4,279 nucleotides of DNA. Origin: a virus. Taxonomy: Duplodnaviria; Heunggongvirae; Uroviricota; Caudoviricetes. Positions within the stretch are counted from its first letter, which is position 1; every line of letters begins with the position of its first letter. The position numbers and the translations under genes are program-made. This document shows positions 1 through 4,279 of the stretch, in pieces. The notes under the pieces are model-generated. The model did not search any database. It was not told the DNA's origin and was given only the letters and a program-made list of their open reading frames with translations. The DNA is taken from IMG/VR virus record IMGVR_UViG_2740892423_000004; one strand, written 5' to 3'.

Positions 1-36
1 GTCGCTGTCGTTTTCAAAATCGGTGGAGCTGCATGA
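1..36 (+). CDS. Possible 3' end of an upstream CDS (5'-truncated by the window edge); product unknown, by position possibly a tail tube or other tail gene
   Basis: Frame 1 is open from base 1 to a TGA at 34-36 (…VAVVFKIGGAA*). The sequence after 36 is AT-rich and looks intergenic. An alternative frame 2 runs to a TAA at 77-79, so frame and end are uncertain. Confidence 0.25.
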   Translation, partial: VAVVFKIGGAA

Positions 37-117
37 CAAAGTCATCGGGCATTATCTGAACATAAAACACTATCAATAAGTTGGAGTCATTACCAAATAA
101 ACATATCGAATTAACTT

Positions 118-124
118 AAGAGGA
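118..124 (+). promoter_or_regulatory. Shine-Dalgarno motif (AAGAGGA) for the chaperone gene
   Basis: GAGGA at 120-124 lies 7 nt upstream of the ATG at 132. Confidence 0.5.
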
Positions 125-131
125 AACAAGA

Positions 132-440
132 ATGAATATTAATGAAATGCTGAAAGCTCTTTCTCCGAAACGCGAATCTCTGACCATCGGTGGATTCACT
201 TTCTATGCTCGCCCTATGTCAGTAAAAGAATTTAACGAACATGTTTTCAATACCGATAAAGATGACCGTGATGAACGTTCTATTCTTCGTTGTATTGAAG
301 ATGAAGACGGTAAACCAGTATTTGAATCTATGGAACAAGTTAAGGCACTGTATACTAACGTCCGCAGTGAATTAATCGGTTTGGTTGCTCAAGCGTCATT
401 GATGCAAGATCCGACAGTAATTGAAAACGAGGTAAAGTAA
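132..440 (+). CDS. Tail assembly chaperone, short form (lambda gpG-like), 102 aa
   Basis: ORF with a good RBS, sitting immediately upstream of the tape measure gene. It is small and acidic, and its last 16 nt overlap a downstream ORF in the -1 frame, which is the conserved G/GT arrangement. Function is assigned from synteny and architecture, not verified homology. Confidence 0.7.
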   Translation: MNINEMLKALSPKRESLTIGGFTFYARPMSVKEFNEHVFNTDKDDRDERSILRCIEDEDGKPVFESMEQVKALYTNVRSELIGLVAQASLMQDPTVIENEVK

Positions 441-469
441 ACCCGCTTCTGAATTTCTATTTTCGGCAA

Positions 470-811
470 ATGATGCGATCGGGGCTTAGTAAAGATGAAA
501 TGGATAATATGCCAATCACTCTGTTTTGGAAATTATACATTTTCGACACCTACTTAGAACCACAAAGCCCCGCGTTTCATGATATGCAGAATGCGATGTT
601 GCAATATTCCATGTATATGACGTCGCAAGGAATGACACGCGAAACTGCACGCAAACTCAAGCCTAGCCAATTCCAATTAATTAGAGAAGAAAAACTCTTT
701 AAAACTAAAGAAGAACTGGAAGAAATTGCACGCAAGAAAGAAGAAGAACGTAAAGCGGCAATGCTGAACATGTTTGATCCATCTTTGCTTGAGAAACTCA
801 GAAGCGGTTAA
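470..811 (+). CDS. Tail assembly chaperone frameshift extension (lambda gpT-like segment); probably made only as a -1 frameshift fusion with 132-440 (about 226 aa)
   Basis: This ORF is in the -1 frame relative to 132-440. Its frame is open from 425 (upstream stop TGA at 422-424), overlapping the end of the upstream ORF. No convincing Shine-Dalgarno precedes the ATGs at 470, 473 or 500. It ends 11 nt before the tape measure start. The charged C-terminal part is consistent with a tape-measure-binding T domain. Confidence 0.6.
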   Translation: MMRSGLSKDEMDNMPITLFWKLYIFDTYLEPQSPAFHDMQNAMLQYSMYMTSQGMTRETARKLKPSQFQLIREEKLFKTKEELEEIARKKEEERKAAMLNMFDPSLLEKLRSG

Positions 812-816
812 AGGGG
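811..816 (+). promoter_or_regulatory. Shine-Dalgarno motif (AAGGGG) for the tape measure gene
   Basis: AAGGGG at 811-816 lies 6 nt upstream of the ATG at 823 and overlaps the stop codon of the preceding ORF. Confidence 0.5.
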
Positions 817-822
817 TAATTT

Positions 823-3252
823 ATGACAAAACATATAGTAACAATAGAAGGGGATAATAAAGGTCTAAGGAGAAGTACCAATGAAGCCGCCGACCTTCTC
901 GATAGTTTGTCTGAAAAGGCAAGTAATATTGATTTTGGTGGTGGCTTATCTGGTCTGACTGGATCTCTTCGTGGGATCGCTGGCTCTGCTGGTTTGGCTG
1001 CTGGTGGTATCGGCTTAGTTGCGACCGCAGTGGTTGCAGCCGCTAAAGCTGGCGCGGAATACGTTAAACAATATTCAGAAGTATCTAAGGCGACCGGACT
1101 CTCGATTGAATCCCTTCAAAGACTGGAAAAGGAATTTTCTGGTACTGGCCTAACAGTTGAAAAATTCGGTGATATCAACAAAGACACCTTAGATAAGATG
1201 GGTGATGCATGGGCTAACGGTGGTGGTATTGCTGATGACTTAGAATCGGTTGGTCTTAAGTTAGAAAACTATGCTCACTTCATGACAGATCCGCAAGGTG
1301 GTATGAAAGCGGCGATCCAAGTGTTCTATGACATGAAGAAAGCCGGAAAATCAATGGCTGAAATCAAGTTCATGATGGAATCTTTAGCCAGTGATTCAAG
1401 CCATATGACCAGCCAGCTTGAGAAATATAATAGTGCTCAAGAGGCGATGATCGCTATTCAGAATCAATCTGTTAACGTCACCGAAGAAAACGCTAAAAAA
1501 TATGATAAATTTTCTCAGAATATTAATAAGCTGGAAAATAACCTGAAAGGCGCAGCCATGACCATTACTGGTCCTTTGGTTGATAGCTTAAACTGGTTAT
1601 TTGAATGGTTTAATATTGATTGGGAAAAGAGTTCTCTATTCAGGGCATTAGACCGTCTGAATAAAGAAGGTAAGACCGCAACTGGTGGTATTCTTAACAC
1701 CAACCATAAAGACGCTCAAAAGATTATTGACAAGTACAATAAAGAAAAGCGTTGGAATAATCTAGCAGATTGGGAAAAGGCCGCGATCCGTGGTGCTGGT
1801 GTCGATCCTCGTACTGCTGGCTTTGATGTAGAAGGATTTAAGAAACGTTTTGGTGGGTCTTATAAGAAAAATGGTGCTCTGATTGTCGTAGATGCTGGTG
1901 AACATCTGACACGCAAGGCAGATCCTAACACTGATTTAACTCTACCAAATAAACCAGTAAGACCAGAATCATTGGGTAAATCTGGCAACGAGAAGAAAGC
2001 CGAGGAAGAAGCACGCAAGAAAGCGGAAGAGGCAGCTAAAAAGGCTAAGGAAGCCGCAGAAAAAGCACAGAAAGAACGTGAGGATGCAATCAAGCGTCTG
2101 AATGCACTTGATGTTAAATTGCAAGGGCAAGTTGCAGCGTCTATTGCTTCTCAAAACAAGCAGTTAGAAGCCAGCTTGAAAGATTTGGATACTGCTTTAG
2201 ATCTGGGCTTAATCTCTCAGCAAGACGCAGCCGCGAAACGCCAATCCTTAATCGATCAGAATACTGAAAACGTATACAAGATGATTTTAGGTGCTGATCC
2301 GGTTGATGCTCTGAATGCTTTAACACAATTGCAACAAATCAGGGATAATGAGTTAGAAAGCCATAAACGGTTACTTGATGGTAAGGCTATCTCCTACGAA
2401 GAATATATGCGTCGTGTGAATGATACCGAACAAAGTTATTCGCAGATTGAAGATTCTTTGCATGGAATGGATGGTTTTAAAACCAATCAGTTGACCAATA
2501 GCTTAGACTATCAGGACTCAAATAATCCGTTTGCTAAATTTAATGCAATCGATAAAGAGAAATCGGAAGCCGAACAAGATTATAAAACCGATAAACTCAA
2601 GATTGATGGGATCACCGATCCGGCTAAACGGATGGAAGAATTAGAAAAACTCAATGAAAACCATCAAAAACGAATGGCTGCAATTGAGAAGAAATATGCT
2701 GATGCTCGCCAGTCAATAGCCGATGATATGTACGGCGGTTTTGCTGCTGCAATGACTCTCTTCGGGCAGGAAAACACTAAAGCTATGCAGATGGCTTTCA
2801 ATGCTCATAAAGCATTCTCTATCGGACAAGCGACGGTGAACATGTGGACGGCTGCTACCGATGCATGGAACGATCCGACCAACGTAACCACAGGTCAAAA
2901 AATCGCTGCTGCTGCATTGGCTGTTTCTCAGAACATGGGGAACATCGCAAACATCAAGTCTACTAACGTTAGCGGTATGGCTCATGATGGTATCGATAAT
3001 ATCCCTCGTGAGGGTACATGGTTGCTTGATAAGGGTGAACGAGTAGTTGATCAGCGTACTAACGGTGATTTGAAAGACTTCCTTGCTGCTCAAAAATCAG
3101 GCGGTGGCAACTCTCAGCCGATTGAAGTTAACGCACCTTTGAACATTAACGGCAACGTTAATAGCTCAGACAAGATGGTCATGGATGCTATCAAACGTCA
3201 CGCTAAGTTAGTTGCTCAGGCGGTAGAAGACGCACAACGCCGTAAGATGTAA
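823..3252 (+). CDS. Tail tape measure protein, 809 aa
   Basis: It is the longest ORF and sits directly after the chaperone pair. It has a Gly/Ala-rich hydrophobic segment near the N-terminus (about aa 39-80), long predicted helical charged regions including a KAEE-type low-complexity stretch (about aa 387-425), and a C-terminal region that resembles the conserved C-terminus of lambda-family tape measure proteins as I recall it. Stop is TAA at 3250-3252. Confidence 0.9.
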   Translation: MTKHIVTIEGDNKGLRRSTNEAADLLDSLSEKASNIDFGGGLSGLTGSLRGIAGSAGLAAGGIGLVATAVVAAAKAGAEYVKQYSEVSKATGLSIESLQRLEKEFSGTGLTVEKFGDINKDTLDKMGDAWANGGGIADDLESVGLKLENYAHFMTDPQGGMKAAIQVFYDMKKAGKSMAEIKFMMESLASDSSHMTSQLEKYNSAQEAMIAIQNQSVNVTEENAKKYDKFSQNINKLENNLKGAAMTITGPLVDSLNWLFEWFNIDWEKSSLFRALDRLNKEGKTATGGILNTNHKDAQKIIDKYNKEKRWNNLADWEKAAIRGAGVDPRTAGFDVEGFKKRFGGSYKKNGALIVVDAGEHLTRKADPNTDLTLPNKPVRPESLGKSGNEKKAEEEARKKAEEAAKKAKEAAEKAQKEREDAIKRLNALDVKLQGQVAASIASQNKQLEASLKDLDTALDLGLISQQDAAAKRQSLIDQNTENVYKMILGADPVDALNALTQLQQIRDNELESHKRLLDGKAISYEEYMRRVNDTEQSYSQIEDSLHGMDGFKTNQLTNSLDYQDSNNPFAKFNAIDKEKSEAEQDYKTDKLKIDGITDPAKRMEELEKLNENHQKRMAAIEKKYADARQSIADDMYGGFAAAMTLFGQENTKAMQMAFNAHKAFSIGQATVNMWTAATDAWNDPTNVTTGQKIAAAALAVSQNMGNIANIKSTNVSGMAHDGIDNIPREGTWLLDKGERVVDQRTNGDLKDFLAAQKSGGGNSQPIEVNAPLNINGNVNSSDKMVMDAIKRHAKLVAQAVEDAQRRKM
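1990..2097 (+). repeat. Purine-rich low-complexity coding tract (encodes EKKAEEEARKKAEEAAKKAKEAAEKAQKERED)
   Basis: Runs of GAA/AAG/GCA codons giving a Lys/Glu/Ala-rich, probably coiled-coil segment inside the tape measure gene. Confidence 0.6.
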
Positions 3253-3254
3253 TT

Positions 3255-3302
3255 AAAAGCCCCCATAGTCATAAATAATCATAAAACTATGGGGGCTTTT
3301 CT
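3255..3302 (+). terminator. Candidate intrinsic terminator or mRNA-stabilising hairpin (possibly bidirectional) between the tape measure gene and the next gene
   Basis: Perfect inverted repeat: AAAAGCCCCCATAGT (3255-3269) pairs with ACTATGGGGGCTTTT (3286-3300) around a 16-nt AT-rich loop, followed by TTTTCT. The A-tract before and T-tract after give the same structure on both strands. The right arm contains the GGGGG that would act as the Shine-Dalgarno for the ATG at 3303. Confidence 0.55.
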
Positions 3303-3863
3303 ATGTTCAAATCCAAGAATATTAAAATCACAGATTTTACTCTTAAATCAAAACAGCCTTTCTTCAAGGCGCAATCTATCTCCGGTAAATTTCAACGTCG
3401 CTTTACTGGCATTCATTTTTACGAAGCAGAATTTACCGCGAATTACATGGCTCAGGATATTAACGAAGTAAAAGAATTTGTAGCACGTCACCTTTTTGGT
3501 CGTCCTTTTAGTGTGCCACTGTCTTACTTTTCAAAATATACAGGTGATGTACGCCAGATGGTTACGGCTGCTGCTGGTACTGCTCGCGGTGGGCGTAAGG
3601 TGAGAATCTCCAACTTCACCGGAACACTGAAAGCGGGAACTATCATCCAGTTTGAGAACCACAAGAAAATCTACACGATCACCGAAGATGTGAAATCAGG
3701 TGGCGAAATGAAACTCTTCCCTAATTTGCGTCAGAACGTCCTGGCTGGTGAGGTGATCAAGTATCAGAACGTAGAAGGTGAATTTGTTCTCAAAACGGAA
3801 AATATCGATTGGAAGATCGCCCAGATTGGCAAGATGAAATTCGAATTAGTGGAGAATGTATAA
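3303..3863 (+). CDS. Minor tail / distal tail protein (lambda gpM-position protein), 186 aa
   Basis: ORF directly after the tape measure gene, with GGGGG 7 nt upstream of the ATG. The N-terminal roughly 80 aa show a pattern (…EF.A.Y…E..EFV..H..G.PFS…) that resembles lambda gpM as I recall it. The C-terminal roughly 100 aa is an extra domain of unknown type. Stop is TAA at 3861-3863. Confidence 0.75.
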   Translation: MFKSKNIKITDFTLKSKQPFFKAQSISGKFQRRFTGIHFYEAEFTANYMAQDINEVKEFVARHLFGRPFSVPLSYFSKYTGDVRQMVTAAAGTARGGRKVRISNFTGTLKAGTIIQFENHKKIYTITEDVKSGGEMKLFPNLRQNVLAGEVIKYQNVEGEFVLKTENIDWKIAQIGKMKFELVENV

Positions 3864-4189
3864 TGGCAACTATTCAGGAATCATTCAGCAAACTATGCAC
3901 TAATCTGGACTTCATCGAGGTATACAACGACCAGACAGGTCAGAATGTGTCTAGATTGACTCTACCGCAGCTTTTCTCTACTGGCTCGATGTTTCACATT
4001 ATCGAAGTGATAACAGCGTCAGGGGACGTTCTACGGCTTACAGATGGGTATTTCGATTTGGACTATAACGGTTTTACATATCTCGCAACGGGTGATTTTC
4101 TTCAAATCTCATCGAATACCGAAGAGAAGGAGATCAACAACAACGGGATCAACGTAACTGTTTCTAACGTTCGCGAAGAATACATTTGA
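3863..4189 (+). CDS. Minor tail protein, 108 aa (sits in the lambda gpL position; possibly corresponds only to the N-terminal part of L-family proteins)
   Basis: The ATG at 3863 overlaps the upstream stop (TAATG), and GGAG lies 8 nt upstream. The track ORF 3809-4189 is the same frame, but its start would overlap the upstream gene by 55 nt and has no RBS. Stop is TGA at 4187-4189. The functional call is from synteny plus a weak remembered resemblance. Confidence 0.65.
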   Translation: MATIQESFSKLCTNLDFIEVYNDQTGQNVSRLTLPQLFSTGSMFHIIEVITASGDVLRLTDGYFDLDYNGFTYLATGDFLQISSNTEEKEINNNGINVTVSNVREEYI

Positions 4190-4216
4190 AGTGGTTTACT
4201 GAATTTGGCCACCTGA

Positions 4217-4265
4217 ACAGAGGTGATATGCTCACCTCAGAACAACACAGGTGCCATAATGAAAA
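4217..4265. other. Nested inverted repeats in the spacer between the 108-aa gene and the next gene
   Basis: Inner stem GAGGTGA (4230-4236) pairs with TCACCTC (4242-4248) around a 5-nt loop TATGC. Outer arms CACCTG (4220-4225) and CAGGTG (4258-4263). There is no following T-tract, so it is not a typical intrinsic terminator. Confidence 0.5.
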
Positions 4266-4268
4266 AAA

Positions 4269-4279
4269 GAAATTTCAGC
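4269..4279 (+). CDS. Start of the next CDS (3'-truncated by the window end); product unknown, by position a further tail-tip gene
   Basis: ATG at 4269 (MKKRNFS…) with AGGTG 5 nt upstream. An alternative start is the ATG at 4238 in another frame (MLTSEQHRCHNEKKKFQ…), with AGAGG 4 nt upstream. Too little sequence to decide. Confidence 0.25.

Noticed and set aside
81-109. Sigma-70-type promoter upstream of the chaperone gene
   Set aside because: Only a weak -35/-10 match (TTGGAG and TATCGA). Phage late tail operons are usually read through from an upstream late promoter, so I do not call a promoter here.
577-771. 64-aa ORF on the minus strand
   Set aside because: It lies wholly antisense to the chaperone extension ORF, has no RBS, and its translation is low-complexity Ser/Leu, as expected from the reverse complement of Glu/Lys-rich coding sequence.
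1515-2326. Four minus-strand ORFs of 61-77 aa (1515-1703, 1860-2093, 1969-2154, 2141-2326)
   Set aside because: All are antisense shadows inside the tape measure gene with no translation signals. Their translations are Phe/Leu/Ser/Cys-rich, the mirror of the purine-rich sense strand.
2713-3093. 126-aa ORF on the minus strand
   Set aside because: It is antisense to the conserved C-terminal region of the tape measure gene and has no RBS. Its Cys/Ser/His-rich composition is unlike the + strand proteins, so it is most likely a chance open frame.
3289-3471. 60-aa ORF on the + strand starting at the ATG at 3289
   Set aside because: The start codon lies inside the hairpin stem. The ORF is out of frame with, and almost entirely overlapped by, the well-supported 3303-3863 gene.
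3809-3862. Upstream extension of the 108-aa ORF to the ATG at 3809
   Set aside because: It would overlap the preceding gene by 55 nt with no Shine-Dalgarno. The ATG at 3863 has GGAG at the right spacing and the TAATG coupling arrangement.
1-4279. Defence system, toxin-antitoxin pair, CRISPR array, tRNA, integrase or transposase
   Set aside because: There are no arrays of direct repeats with spacers, no cloverleaf-like RNA candidates, and no ORF with nuclease, ATPase or recombinase character. Every ORF fits the conserved chaperone, tape measure and tip-protein order of a tail module.

Overview
This 4.3 kb window reads as one co-directional (+ strand) block of tailed-phage or prophage tail-morphogenesis genes, tightly packed with Shine-Dalgarno motifs at each start. 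In order: a probable 3' end of an upstream gene (to ~36) and an AT-rich spacer; a two-ORF tail assembly chaperone pair (132-440 and 470-811) arranged for a -1 programmed frameshift, like lambda G/GT; an 809-aa tail tape measure protein (823-3252); a perfect 15-bp hairpin with a short T-tract (3255-3302) that overlaps the next gene's ribosome-binding site; a 186-aa protein in the distal-tail (lambda gpM-like) position (3303-3863); a translationally coupled 108-aa protein (3863-4189); and a short spacer with nested inverted repeats before the start of a further gene cut by the window end. I see no rRNA, tRNA, CRISPR array, transposase or integrase. I do not see a self-contained undescribed system (for example a defence locus): every ORF fits the conserved tail-gene order. 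The points most worth a second look are the non-canonical frameshift site, the hairpin that buries a ribosome-binding site, and the apparently short L-position protein followed by a structured spacer. All homology statements are from reading the translations and from memory of the families; none were checked by search.
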